A stretch of DNA of 64,000 nucleotides from IMG/VR virus record IMGVR_UViG_3300035703_000042, positions 1 to 64,000 of that record. One strand, written 5' to 3'. A program made the position numbers and the translations under genes. Shown here in pieces: positions 20,127-30,212 of this stretch; positions within the stretch are counted from its first letter, which is position 1; every line of letters begins with the position of its first letter. A model generated the notes under the pieces. The model was not told the DNA's origin. It saw only the letters and a program-made list of their open reading frames with translations, and ran no database searches. This stretch comes from a virus.

Positions 20127-20483
20127 GGTGATGCTGCGTCGCTTGGTTTTGCGTCGCGATATGTCAGACAAGCTGCAAACAGGACCGTGTATGATGTCGA
20201 GATCTTTGTTGGCAAACGTCCTGAGATAAGGGCGGAACGGATCCCACTCGCTTTTGAGAAAGATGTTGATGGGGATACTGCGGTTGCTTTCCCACCACCA
20301 AATGTTGGCAAGATCCAGGAAAAGTCTTTTGAGTTCGGCATCGTGTATGTTGCCAAAGTCGTAGATAGTGGTTATACGATCGTCGCGATTCTGTACTATA
20401 CCTACATACTCCACACCGGCATGCACACACAGCGTGATAAAAGGATACTTGGATGTTAGTGTCTCGAACAGATTATCGCCCAT
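20106..20483 (-). CDS. hypothetical phage protein
   Basis: 125 aa ORF, WWWESNR..PINIFL, basic tail. Confidence 0.7.
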   Translation of the reverse strand: MGDNLFETLTSKYPFITLCVHAGVEYVGIVQNRDDRITTIYDFGNIHDAELKRLFLDLANIWWWESNRSIPINIFLKSEWDPFRPYLRTFANKDLDIIHGPVCSLSDISRRKTKRRSITLVRRID

Positions 20484-20503
20484 AAATATTGGTGGAGATC
20501 TTT

Positions 20504-21295
20504 ATGTATTCAACCCCTGCCTATTTATATCAACAAATCCAGCAAGTTTTAATGATAGATATATCCGGACAGGGTGCGGTATTTGACCGGAGATGGCAAC
20601 CTGTGTATGCAAAATCATTGAAATTGAACCTGGGCGTGGACAATGTGATCCTGTTCCAGTTCCTCAACCAAGACCAAAAGCCTGTGAATATCTCGGGCAG
20701 TACTTTCACCTTCCGCATCATCAGCCAGAACGGTGACAATCTCTTGTATGCACAAGAGTTGGTGGCATTGAGTGCAGCCACTGGACGAGCCAAGGTCACT
20801 ATCCCTGCAGCTGATTCTGTGTATTTCCAACCACAACCGGCATCATGGAGCATTGAAGTGAGCTCAGGAGTATTGGACCAGGCCGTGTACACCGATGCTT
20901 ATTCTTCGGCTCGCGGCGACATTGACATCGTGGATTCGGTGTTTCCAGCATTCGTGGCCAGTTCGATGCTGACCATCCCTGCGCAGGCACCAGCCAACAA
21001 CATTTTCTATTCTTCTACGGTGACCACAGACGGATCAAGATTGACCACATTCCAGATGGACAACGGCAATCTCACCGGTAACCTGTCAGTGCAAGGCGCC
21101 ACCGATGCCACGGCCAACACCGTGGAATGGTATGATGTGTCTTTCCAGGACCTACGTACCGGCAACACAGTGGATTCGGTGTCGTTTTCTGACAGCAACG
21201 AGCGCCTGGGATTCAACGTAGAAGGTTATCATCCCTATCTACGCTTGCAGGTACAGATCGACGCAGGCGCTGTAGATCTCATCCAATATCGTTGA
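20504..21295 (+). CDS. putative virion structural protein (beta-rich)
   Basis: S/T/N/V-rich; N.DQKPVNISG Ig/BppU-like segment; CATAAATA late motif upstream. Confidence 0.55.
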   Translation: MYSTPAYLYQQIQQVLMIDISGQGAVFDRRWQPVYAKSLKLNLGVDNVILFQFLNQDQKPVNISGSTFTFRIISQNGDNLLYAQELVALSAATGRAKVTIPAADSVYFQPQPASWSIEVSSGVLDQAVYTDAYSSARGDIDIVDSVFPAFVASSMLTIPAQAPANNIFYSSTVTTDGSRLTTFQMDNGNLTGNLSVQGATDATANTVEWYDVSFQDLRTGNTVDSVSFSDSNERLGFNVEGYHPYLRLQVQIDAGAVDLIQYR

Positions 21296-21323
21296 TCATT
21301 CCAGCGAAATCCGTTAAACTGTC

Positions 21324-22307
21324 ATGATGTTAGATCTGACAGCATATCTTCCTGCCCGCCACAAAAAGACAGCATCTGGCTGGATCAGCTTCAATGCTCC
21401 TTGTTGCGTCCACAGCGGGGAGACCGCTGATCGACGCCAGCGCGGCGGCCTCAAGAGCACAGATCAGGGCTGGAGCTATCACTGCTTCAATTGCGGATTC
21501 ACTGCCAGTTTCGTGCTGGGTCGCAGCCTCAGCTTCAAGGCACGCCGACTACTGTCATGGTTGAACGTGCCCGATGACGAGATCGAGCGCATCAATCTCG
21601 AAAGTCTGAGGCATCGCACCATGGAAGGTGTGCTGGAACAGCGGCAAAGGTTGGTAGAACACTTATCCAGCATCGAGTTTGAAGAGCGCGATCTACCCAC
21701 TGATGTGTACGGCATCAATGGCAACGATGATCCAGCCCTGGCTCTGCGTGCTCGCGGATATCTACGAGATCGCGGTGTGCCCATGGACTATCCATATCTA
21801 TTCAAAAGCATGCCGAGGCCAGGCATAGTGATACCATTCACCCACAACGGAGTGATAGTGGGACATTCGACGCGATTCCTGGATGATCGTAATCCCAGGT
21901 ACATACACGATATCCAGCCTGGCTATGTGTTTGGTCGTGATCTCCAGCGTGATTCTTGGACTCACGTGATCGTGGTCGAAGGCGTGTTTGATGCACTCAG
22001 CATTTCGGCCATGGCAGTATTGCATGCCGACATATCTGATCTACAAGCCCGACTCATACGCAGTCTAGGGCGTGAAGTCACAGTGGTACCTGACCGCGAC
22101 GAAGCTGGTATGAAGCTGGTAGATCGGGCCATGGAGCTGGGCTGGGCCGTGAGCATGCCCAATTGGCCCGAGGGAGTCAAAGACGTCAATGATGCAGTGA
22201 AGGTCATGGGCCGATTGCCTGCCCTGATAACTATCATGCAGGCGCGGGAAACCAACCGTGTCAAGATTGAACTAAGGAAGCGCAAATGGCTGTCAAAAAA
22301 CTCCTAG
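21324..22307 (+). CDS. DNA primase (gp61/DnaG-like)
   Basis: Zn-binding CC..H/HCFNC; TOPRIM VVEGVFDA, PDRDEAG, KDVND. Confidence 0.9.
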   Translation: MMLDLTAYLPARHKKTASGWISFNAPCCVHSGETADRRQRGGLKSTDQGWSYHCFNCGFTASFVLGRSLSFKARRLLSWLNVPDDEIERINLESLRHRTMEGVLEQRQRLVEHLSSIEFEERDLPTDVYGINGNDDPALALRARGYLRDRGVPMDYPYLFKSMPRPGIVIPFTHNGVIVGHSTRFLDDRNPRYIHDIQPGYVFGRDLQRDSWTHVIVVEGVFDALSISAMAVLHADISDLQARLIRSLGREVTVVPDRDEAGMKLVDRAMELGWAVSMPNWPEGVKDVNDAVKVMGRLPALITIMQARETNRVKIELRKRKWLSKNS

Positions 22308-23017
22308 TGTACGGATTGCCCAGGACAGGCACGTCTGTGATACAGGCGGTGATAGCCGACCAGATATTACAGCTACCCAATCGCGGCGAGCCTTTTTCTC
22401 AGGTGGGGAGAAATCTTCCTAGATATCTCGCCGACGCCACCGACACTGAAAGCATATATCAATGGACTCGGGAAGTCACTGATGGTGTTTTTAAATTCCT
22501 ATCCAGCAATCGTGGACAGTATGATCTAGCCCGCGTGCTATCTATGGGATTTGATCATGTAACAGTGATTCGCCGCAAAGATCATATTGGCTCTCTCTTG
22601 AGTCAGGCACACGCCGATGCGTCGGGGTGTTTTCACTATCACGGTAATCCTGAAAATCGTTATCTATATACAAATTTAGTAAAACAGATGTCATTCTCGG
22701 TTCCTCAACAAGCCCAGATGAGTTGGTTAAAAAATTATTTTCTAAATCTCCAAGGCATTGAGATCATCGAGAGATCGGGCATTGACTGGGAGATTGTGGA
22801 CTACGAAAAATTCATTGACACTGGTAATCTAACTGTGACCGGTATCGATTATTCCACAGACTGGTCTAGCGTCAGCACCATTCCCTTGTGCATCGACTAT
22901 CGCAGTTTGTGCACCAATCTCGATGAGATAGAGTCATTGATAGATTACTGGCTTTCTCGTCGCGATACAGTGGGGAACCTGTTACGCGAGATTGACACGC
23001 TTATCTCAGAGTTGTAG
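22286..23017 (+). CDS. sulfotransferase-like P-loop protein
   Basis: GLPRTGTS 5'-PSB motif, R-x7-S, YE motif. Confidence 0.65.
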   Translation: MAVKKLLVYGLPRTGTSVIQAVIADQILQLPNRGEPFSQVGRNLPRYLADATDTESIYQWTREVTDGVFKFLSSNRGQYDLARVLSMGFDHVTVIRRKDHIGSLLSQAHADASGCFHYHGNPENRYLYTNLVKQMSFSVPQQAQMSWLKNYFLNLQGIEIIERSGIDWEIVDYEKFIDTGNLTVTGIDYSTDWSSVSTIPLCIDYRSLCTNLDEIESLIDYWLSRRDTVGNLLREIDTLISEL

Positions 23018-23020
23018 TAT
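22992..23020 (+). promoter_or_regulatory. sigma70-type promoter for the helicase gene
   Basis: TTGACA-17nt-TAGTAT. Confidence 0.55.
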
Positions 23021-23046
23021 AAACACAGACACAAGGAAAACACATT

Positions 23047-24453
23047 TTGTCAAAAGACTACGGAGTCGACCTACAACGACTGTTCTTAGAAATGATGCTG
23101 CAAGACGCAGAGAACTATGTGCGGGTGCAGAACATCTACAATGCCGAAAACTTTGATCGCAGCCTGCGTGCCGCGGCCGAGTTCGTAAAAACTCACAGCG
23201 ATGAACACAAGACCCTGCCCACCCGTCAGCAGGTGCGTGCAGTGGCCAATGTGGATCTACAAGAGATTCCCGAATTCAATGACGGGCACAGTGAATGGTT
23301 CCTCAAAGAGTTTGAATCATTTACCAAACGCAGAGAACTCGAACGTGCCATCCTCAAAAGCGCTGACATGCTGGAAAAAGGCGAGTTTGAACCCGTGGAA
23401 CGCCTGATCAAGGACGCAGTGCAGATATCCTTGACCAAGGACATGGGCACAGACTACTTCCATGATGCACGCAACAGCATCGAACACTATTACAGCAACT
23501 CGGGAGTGATCTCCACGGGATGGCCGCAGTTGGACAAGGTATTGTACGGTGGTTTCGGACGCGGGCAGCTCAACATCTTTGCCGGTGGATCTGGCTCGGG
23601 AAAATCATTGGTGATGATGAACATCGCACTGAACTGGCTGCAGGCCGGATTGAGTGGAGTTTACATCAGCCTGGAACTCAGTGAAGAACTGTGTGCCCTG
23701 CGTACTACGGCCATGCTGGCCAACATGGGCACCAAGGAAATCCGCAAAGACCTCGACACAGCGGCCATGAAAGTGAACCTCCTAGGTAAGAAGTCAGGTC
23801 GGTATCAGATCAAGGCCCTGCCGGCGCAGTCAAACATCAACGACATCCGTGCTTATTTGAAAGAAGTGCAGATACAGACAGGCATGCGGGTAGACTTCGT
23901 GATGGTGGATTACCTTGATCTCTTGATGCCGGTGTCGGCCAAGGTTTCGCCCAACGACTTGTTTGTCAAGGACAAGTATGTGAGTGAAGAACTCAGAAAT
24001 CTCTCGGCCGAGCTCAACATCTTGTTGGTCACGGCTTCACAGTTGAATCGATCAGCAGTGGAAGAGATCGAGTTCGATCACAGCCATATTTCGGGCGGTA
24101 TCTCCAAGATCAATACTGCAGACAACGTGTTTGGCATCTTCACTAGTCGTGCCATGAAAGAGCGCGGTCGCTATCAGATCCAATGCATGAAAACTCGTAG
24201 TTCGAACGGAGTAGGCAACAAGATCGATCTTGAATACAACGTGGAAACCATGAGGATCACTGATCCCGGCGAAGGTGCCGATGACTCAGCGTCGGGCTTC
24301 GCAGCCAAACGTGCCAACATCTATGACACTATCAAGGCCAAGGCACAGGTCCGACCCGCCGACGATGATGAAGGCGAGGATGTGCCCAAGATACAGGCCG
24401 AAGTCAATTCCAACAAGCTCAAACAAATGCTGAGCCAGATCAAAGGATCTTGA
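23047..24453 (+). CDS. replicative DnaB-like (gp41) helicase
   Basis: GGSGSGKS, SLELSE, VDYLDL, TASQLNR, KTR; TTG start with AAGGA SD. Confidence 0.93.
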   Translation: MSKDYGVDLQRLFLEMMLQDAENYVRVQNIYNAENFDRSLRAAAEFVKTHSDEHKTLPTRQQVRAVANVDLQEIPEFNDGHSEWFLKEFESFTKRRELERAILKSADMLEKGEFEPVERLIKDAVQISLTKDMGTDYFHDARNSIEHYYSNSGVISTGWPQLDKVLYGGFGRGQLNIFAGGSGSGKSLVMMNIALNWLQAGLSGVYISLELSEELCALRTTAMLANMGTKEIRKDLDTAAMKVNLLGKKSGRYQIKALPAQSNINDIRAYLKEVQIQTGMRVDFVMVDYLDLLMPVSAKVSPNDLFVKDKYVSEELRNLSAELNILLVTASQLNRSAVEEIEFDHSHISGGISKINTADNVFGIFTSRAMKERGRYQIQCMKTRSSNGVGNKIDLEYNVETMRITDPGEGADDSASGFAAKRANIYDTIKAKAQVRPADDDEGEDVPKIQAEVNSNKLKQMLSQIKGS

Positions 24454-24457
24454 CCTC

Positions 24458-25597
24458 ATGACAACACCAAACATCAAAAACTTTTATTGCCCCGACATTT
24501 ACAAGAGTATTTTTTTACGTAGCATAGGTGAAAATCGAATCGAGCTAGGATTTTGTTGCCAATCCCGAGTTGACAGGATTGACTTAGACAATCTAAACTC
24601 GGCACTGTCAGAGAAAAGGCAGCGTTGGCAGGAATCTAGTGGCAAGAGCGATTGTATGAATTGTATAAATCTAGAATCGCGAGGTTTGACTAGTCGTAGA
24701 CATGCGTCTATGGAATATTTTTCAAATCTCGGAGAAAAACTGGACGAACATACAGATTTGATCAATCTAGAATGGAATTGTGACAACGTTTGTAATCTAG
24801 CCTGCCTGACCTGCGGTCCTGTTTTTAGTAGTCGATGGATGCAAGAAATCAATAGTTACAGTTGGAAAGATAGACGTAAACATCGTATATTAAACAAGTC
24901 AACTTTTGTAATCGACAATCTAGACATTAAAAATTTACGTCGCGTATATTTCAACGGTGGGGAGCCGTTGTTGACTGATGATCATAAAAGAATCATGGAC
25001 AAACTTCGAAGCAATGGTAGATTATCGCAGTGTGAGATTTCCTACAATACCAATTGTACTATCTTTCCTGATGCTCAGACATTGGATTTCTGGAGAGAAG
25101 CCAAACTTGTGAGATTGTTTCTAAGTTTGGATGCCATTGGAGAAGCTTTTGAATTTATCAGATGGCCGGCTCGATGGCATCTTGTAGAGAAGTTTCTTGA
25201 ATTTATAAAATCTCAGGATTTCAACATCATATTGGATATAACATGTACTGTAGGTATACACAATGTATTTTATTTACATACCCTAAGAAAATGGCAAAAA
25301 GATAATCTGCCTTGTAATCATCAAGGAGATCCGGTGTCTCTTAATTTACAACCTTGCGGTGATATGAGCTGGGGAGGTAAAAGTCTATCGTTGACAAATG
25401 TGAGTCAAATGGTTAGAGACGATATTGAGCACTATTGTAAAGAACATGATTTTGGTGATGTCAGGGCGTGGCTATCAACAGAATCAAACTCCAATGACGA
25501 TAGCACGTGGATAAAATATCTCGACGAGATCAGCAACGTGCGCGGGGTGGATTGGAAAAAATCTCTAGTCTATTTGGCCGAGAGATGTCGTATTTGA
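24458..25597 (+). CDS. radical SAM protein with N-terminal SPASM/twitch-like Cys cluster
   Basis: CNLACLTC, GGEP, YNTN, SLD..G..FE.IRWP; AT-rich. Confidence 0.85.
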   Translation: MTTPNIKNFYCPDIYKSIFLRSIGENRIELGFCCQSRVDRIDLDNLNSALSEKRQRWQESSGKSDCMNCINLESRGLTSRRHASMEYFSNLGEKLDEHTDLINLEWNCDNVCNLACLTCGPVFSSRWMQEINSYSWKDRRKHRILNKSTFVIDNLDIKNLRRVYFNGGEPLLTDDHKRIMDKLRSNGRLSQCEISYNTNCTIFPDAQTLDFWREAKLVRLFLSLDAIGEAFEFIRWPARWHLVEKFLEFIKSQDFNIILDITCTVGIHNVFYLHTLRKWQKDNLPCNHQGDPVSLNLQPCGDMSWGGKSLSLTNVSQMVRDDIEHYCKEHDFGDVRAWLSTESNSNDDSTWIKYLDEISNVRGVDWKKSLVYLAERCRI

Positions 25598-25604
25598 TAA
25601 CAAG

Positions 25605-26657
25605 TCAAAAACTATCATCCATCAATCTCGCCAACTCGGGCAATGATTCACGATAGTTGGTATTTTTAAGCTGATCTTGCTTTAAAAGTTCGTTGGTAAA
25701 TGTTTCAATATCAATCTCGTGTCCTGTGATCTCACTGTAACCATCGAGAAAATCATGGTCTTTTAGCGATTTCTTGATGCCCACGGGCGCCTTGTCCAAG
25801 CTGGCCCATTTAGGATAATACACTATATTCTGATTGTATTTCAGACCCTGCGACTCAAACCAATCCACGGTTTCGTCATAATAGATAGCGTTGACACTGC
25901 TAATAGTGTAGCTCACAGACAAGTTATCAGTGATGGTACGATATTGATCGAGGTTGCTGAGTAATTTCTGCCATTTTCCGGGCCAGCGAAGATATTCGAA
26001 TCGAGACTCGATACCGTCTATGCTAATACAAATGTTAATGTCTTTGAATTTTTTTATGACTTTGATCCAGTGATCGTCCAAAGTCACACTGCCATTAGTT
26101 ACAAAACTTATAAAACATTCGTGATTGTTGTAATCTAACAAGGTTGACAATATTTTCAAAGTATTGGGATCAAACAACGGTTCTCCGCCTAACAACGAAA
26201 TTCGACATGCTTTAGCCCAATTGATATCCAGGTCGTCAATGTTGATTTGATGTGATTGATCTCGGAGTATACCCAGACGTTTTTCAAGTTCTACCCACCG
26301 AGTACTTAAATTACCGTTGCATGTTACACAGGCTTGATTGCAAAGATTCCCCAGCATGATTTGATATATCAAAGGTTCGTAACGACCTTGACGCACATCT
26401 TCTTCGATGGAGATAATATCTCTGTCCAGCTTGGAATCAAGAAATATGTTTTCTTGCTGTCTTCTACTTCTCATGCCCTGTTCTTCAAGTTTCCAGCATT
26501 TCTGACACTCGTGCGTCCGATGTCCTGAAAGAAGATTTTCTCTCAGTGAAAGTAGATCAAATTCTGCCGGTAATAGGCAGCAAGGAGTGAACCGATTTTT
26601 GCTTAATTCAAGGCTGTACCAAGGTAACACGCAGAACGTTGGACTAAGATTATTCAT
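25605..26657 (-). CDS. radical SAM protein (twitch-like N-terminus)
   Basis: FCVLPW, PCC, CQKC, CNQACVTC, GGEP, TNG, SIDG. Confidence 0.88.
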   Translation of the reverse strand: MNNLSPTFCVLPWYSLELSKNRFTPCCLLPAEFDLLSLRENLLSGHRTHECQKCWKLEEQGMRSRRQQENIFLDSKLDRDIISIEEDVRQGRYEPLIYQIMLGNLCNQACVTCNGNLSTRWVELEKRLGILRDQSHQINIDDLDINWAKACRISLLGGEPLFDPNTLKILSTLLDYNNHECFISFVTNGSVTLDDHWIKVIKKFKDINICISIDGIESRFEYLRWPGKWQKLLSNLDQYRTITDNLSVSYTISSVNAIYYDETVDWFESQGLKYNQNIVYYPKWASLDKAPVGIKKSLKDHDFLDGYSEITGHEIDIETFTNELLKQDQLKNTNYRESLPELARLMDDSF

Positions 26658-26715
26658 GATAATCTATTTACGAATCTAGTCTTGACAATCAAATAAATAT
26701 TTTGAGGGCTATAAA

Positions 26716-26973
26716 ATGCAGAAAAAAACACGCAGCATACTTGAAGAGCTAGAATCCATACACGAAGAAAAGTATGCAGACCGCGATCGGCGATACATCA
26801 TTGAAAGTCGTGCATCCAATGTGATCGCATCGGCTATACGCCTGGTCGAGCAGATCGAAAGTACCTACGGTCCTGAACAGGCCGAAAATCTAGTCAGGAA
26901 ACTGCTGAATTCAATCCGCGATCGCGACCCCGGCAAGTTTATACGCACTGTGAGACGCACCGATGTTGAATGA
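26716..26973 (+). CDS. hypothetical protein (possible head-associated)
   Basis: GAGG SD; ATAAATA late motif upstream. Confidence 0.7.
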   Translation: MQKKTRSILEELESIHEEKYADRDRRYIIESRASNVIASAIRLVEQIESTYGPEQAENLVRKLLNSIRDRDPGKFIRTVRRTDVE

Positions 26974-28912
26974 AGGCGGTAATGTATTCCGCGACAAACA
27001 AGGCCAGCCAGCTACCCAACGGATAAAACGCGAGGACATTTCAGCCACGGTGCGTTGGTTAGAATCCGTAACTGGCCTAGATCTCACCGGCGACGAACGC
27101 GACGAGCAAGGTGTTCCTGTGCGTTGGCTAGGCAGCACTGGACGCAGGCCCGATTCCGGTGACATCGATCTCGTGGTCACCGACGCTACCAAAGATCAGC
27201 TCTATCAACACCTTGTTTCGTGGTCGAAGAAAAATGGTCAAGATCCCAGTGAATGGGTCAAACGTGCCGGCGAAGTACACCTACGCACACCTATCGCCGG
27301 TGATGCTGATCGTGGGTTTGTGCAGACCGATTTCAACTTTTACAGTGATCCTGCCTTGGCCAAGTGGGCGCAGTTTTATATGAGCGGTACCAGCGACGGC
27401 TACAAAGGCATGCATCGTAATGTGCTGTTGTCGAGTCTGGCCAAACCTTTGGGCATGAAGATCGGTGGCAATGGCATGATCAATCGTGCCACCAATGAAC
27501 CCGTGCGTGGCGGGCTTGATCCCGACCTAGTGGCGAGAATGATACTGGGACCTGGGCATACCCGCCAGGATCTTAGAACAGTGGAAAGCATATATGCTGC
27601 CCTGGATTCTGACCCACAGCGTGATGCCAAGCTCGCAGATTTCCGTGCCTTTCTAGATCGCGAAGGTTTGCCCGAGCCCGACACCGCAGTCACTGAAAGC
27701 GATGTCCACTTCATGGCACGCCTGCGGGACCGCATCGTGAACCAGGGCATGCAGCCCTTGGTGGAACAAGATCAGACCACGGTCCGCAAAGATCCCAGGA
27801 TCCCCCATCCCGAGGATGCTGTGTTCCTGGGCGGATCTGCAGCAGCCCTCCAACAACTGGCAGCCCTGGAGTATGCAGCCAAACAGCCTGAAAACATCAC
27901 CATCAAGTGGGATGGTAAACCGGCCTTGATCTGGGGTCGTATGCCCAATGGTCGACTGGCTGTGATGGACAAGTACATGTTTGATGCTGGGTTCGCTGCA
28001 CAGAGCCCTGAAGATTGGAAGCGGTATGATCAACAAAAAGCCACAGGCCAACTGAGACCCGACGTGTATCCCAAGATTCGGGCCATATGGCCAGGTCTCG
28101 ATCGCGCTACGACAGGTCCGGGATTTTACTGGGGCGATCTTCTCTGGGCTGGACGACTGCAACCGCAACAAGGACAGTATGTGTTCCAGCCCAACACGGT
28201 TCGATATACCATACCAGCCGACAGTGCCACAGGCAAGCTGATTTCAGACACCACCGGTGGCATAGTGGTACATCAGAAGTTTGACAACCTCGGCGACAAA
28301 ACCGCGCAGATCTGGGACGGCTCGGGCCTGGAGAATGTCAAAGGCGGTGTGGCCATACTTGGTCCCACCCTAGGCACCAAATTCCAGATTAGACCGCCCA
28401 ATCTCGCTGCAGCAAGGTCAGTGATCAAACAGTACGGCAAGGCCGTGGACGAATTCTTAGCCAGTTTGCCCACGAGTGTGCGGCAGAAATTGCAGACTTT
28501 TTTCAATCAAAGGATCACCGGTGGAACCACTTTCCAGCTGGCCAACTGGTTGAAAACCAACACCAGTGGCCGCCAGTATCAAGAAATGGTAGTGGGAAAT
28601 CCCCGACCTGATGGCAGCTATGATGCCAAGTCTGGCAACCTGCCCGGCAAGCTGTTTGCATTAGATGCACAAAACAAGCTGATCCCCAGCGCGGCCTATG
28701 AAGGCATCACAGAGATCTGGAACGCAGTGTACGATGTCAAAACAGCCATGGCCCAGCAGCTGGAACAACAGGTCCAGGGTCTGGGCCAAGAAACTGCCGG
28801 GCAAGCACAAGGCGAAGGTTTCGTGGTCAACACCCCGCACGGCTTGATCAAGCTGGTAAATCGCGGTGTGTTTGGCTCTGCCAATCGCCAGGCCAACCCT
28901 CCAAGACGGTGA
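26963..28912 (+). CDS. fusion of a Pol-beta-type nucleotidyltransferase and an RNA-ligase-like covalent nucleotidyltransferase
   Basis: GSTG-x5-GDID and VQTD; then KWDG, WGDL, EGFVV, KLV ligase motifs I, III, IV, V. Confidence 0.7.
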   Translation: MLNEGGNVFRDKQGQPATQRIKREDISATVRWLESVTGLDLTGDERDEQGVPVRWLGSTGRRPDSGDIDLVVTDATKDQLYQHLVSWSKKNGQDPSEWVKRAGEVHLRTPIAGDADRGFVQTDFNFYSDPALAKWAQFYMSGTSDGYKGMHRNVLLSSLAKPLGMKIGGNGMINRATNEPVRGGLDPDLVARMILGPGHTRQDLRTVESIYAALDSDPQRDAKLADFRAFLDREGLPEPDTAVTESDVHFMARLRDRIVNQGMQPLVEQDQTTVRKDPRIPHPEDAVFLGGSAAALQQLAALEYAAKQPENITIKWDGKPALIWGRMPNGRLAVMDKYMFDAGFAAQSPEDWKRYDQQKATGQLRPDVYPKIRAIWPGLDRATTGPGFYWGDLLWAGRLQPQQGQYVFQPNTVRYTIPADSATGKLISDTTGGIVVHQKFDNLGDKTAQIWDGSGLENVKGGVAILGPTLGTKFQIRPPNLAAARSVIKQYGKAVDEFLASLPTSVRQKLQTFFNQRITGGTTFQLANWLKTNTSGRQYQEMVVGNPRPDGSYDAKSGNLPGKLFALDAQNKLIPSAAYEGITEIWNAVYDVKTAMAQQLEQQVQGLGQETAGQAQGEGFVVNTPHGLIKLVNRGVFGSANRQANPPRR

Positions 28913-28926
28913 TTTTTTGGTACCGG

Positions 28927-28934
28927 TATAAATA
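28927..28934 (+). promoter_or_regulatory. T4-type late promoter
   Basis: TATAAATA, 40 nt upstream of a gene with strong SD. Confidence 0.7.
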
Positions 28935-28973
28935 AGTGTAGGGCGAGAGCCCAACATTTAAGGAGATTTTAAA

Positions 28974-29438
28974 ATGGCATATTTCCCACCCGCTAATGGT
29001 GATTCGCAACCAGTATTTGCGCTTGACATCAACAATGGTCCTCAGCAGGGCAACATCGGTTCTACCGACGCTCTGGTGCAGATGGCCGGCCCCAAGCTGG
29101 ACTTCTTCAAGATCCTGGTCAAAGATTCCGGCGCTGCTGCGATCGACCTTCGTAACCAGCTGGGCAACGTAACCAGTGGTGTGTTCACACCTGGTGTCGT
29201 TAATCAGATCAACCAAGCTATCCAGCGCACAACAACCATCGCTATGTATCAGGTTGAAGCTGACAACACCGGACAGATCTCTATCGCTGTCTACCCCGCT
29301 GATGCTTACACAGCAGCTACACTCCAGACCACAATCCAGGGTCTGGGCAACGTGCAGATCACTGCTTCAGACGGCACAGTGACAGGTGTTGACGTTTCCG
29401 GCACACTCGTGACCGAGCCTGGCTTCAAGCTGGCCTAA
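28974..29438 (+). CDS. probable abundant virion structural protein
   Basis: Late promoter, TAAGGAG SD, own terminator, strongly biased codons, A/T/G/V-rich. Confidence 0.65.
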   Translation: MAYFPPANGDSQPVFALDINNGPQQGNIGSTDALVQMAGPKLDFFKILVKDSGAAAIDLRNQLGNVTSGVFTPGVVNQINQAIQRTTTIAMYQVEADNTGQISIAVYPADAYTAATLQTTIQGLGNVQITASDGTVTGVDVSGTLVTEPGFKLA

Positions 29439-29453
29439 TCAGCGTTTGCTATC

Positions 29454-29485
29454 AAAAAGCCCTAGAATTTCTAGGGCTTTTTTTT
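29454..29485 (+). terminator. rho-independent terminator (possibly bidirectional)
   Basis: AAAAAGCCCTAG-aattt-CTAGGGCTTTTTTTT. Confidence 0.9.
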
Positions 29486-29504
29486 GGCCGTTAAATACCC
29501 TACT

Positions 29505-29927
29505 ATGCGCATCTGCTGCCGAACTCGTTATGATATCACCGCCACAGGAATCAAAAGTGCTTTCAACAAAAATCGATTACCGATACAGGACGCACAGGGC
29601 GACGAAATCTCTGATTCTCAGAGCTGGAATCGTGCCAGAAATCGACAGAGAAACTGGGAAACCATAAATCAGATCATCGCCCTAAGAACATTGCCCCAGG
29701 ATGTTTCTGTGCCTGAAAAAACCCAGCACGATGGTCAAACTTGGTGGCAGTTTGGATTTGAAGTTGAAAGTCCGGGCACCGTAGAACTCGATGGAGATCC
29801 AGTGGGAGTGCTTGTATCTGACAGCCGAGACGTTCCCATGTTGACCGGTCTCGACGAAGATGCTGGTGTTGCATCGGCCATGGAACCAGGCTCCAACATC
29901 GTTTTCTGGGTTGACAACGATAAATAA
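29505..29927 (+). CDS. hypothetical protein
   Basis: ORF 7 nt after TAAATA; RN.QRNWET motif. Confidence 0.7.
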   Translation: MRICCRTRYDITATGIKSAFNKNRLPIQDAQGDEISDSQSWNRARNRQRNWETINQIIALRTLPQDVSVPEKTQHDGQTWWQFGFEVESPGTVELDGDPVGVLVSDSRDVPMLTGLDEDAGVASAMEPGSNIVFWVDNDK

Positions 29928-29948
29928 ACCTAGAAAAGGATTTATGAT

Positions 29949-30212
29949 ATGGCAGACACCACTGATATCGAGAAAAAAAGTCTCGAAGCACACGTAGAAC
30001 TGTGTGCCGAGCGCTATCGTTTCCTGGAAGAAAAGCTGGAAACCATGGAAGAAAAGATTTCCAATCTGAATGCAGTGGTCCGCGAAGTCCATGACATGAT
30101 ACAGAACATGAGCGACCGTCGTGCTGATCAGATACAGACCTGGGGCCTGGGACTCATCGCAGTGATGGTGGCAGTGATAGGATATTTGTTGGCCACCTAC
30201 GTGATCAAATGA
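29949..30212 (+). CDS. coiled-coil protein with C-terminal TM helix (XhlA/holin-like)
   Basis: LEAHVELCAERY coiled coil plus hydrophobic C-terminus. Confidence 0.6.
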   Translation: MADTTDIEKKSLEAHVELCAERYRFLEEKLETMEEKISNLNAVVREVHDMIQNMSDRRADQIQTWGLGLIAVMVAVIGYLLATYVIK

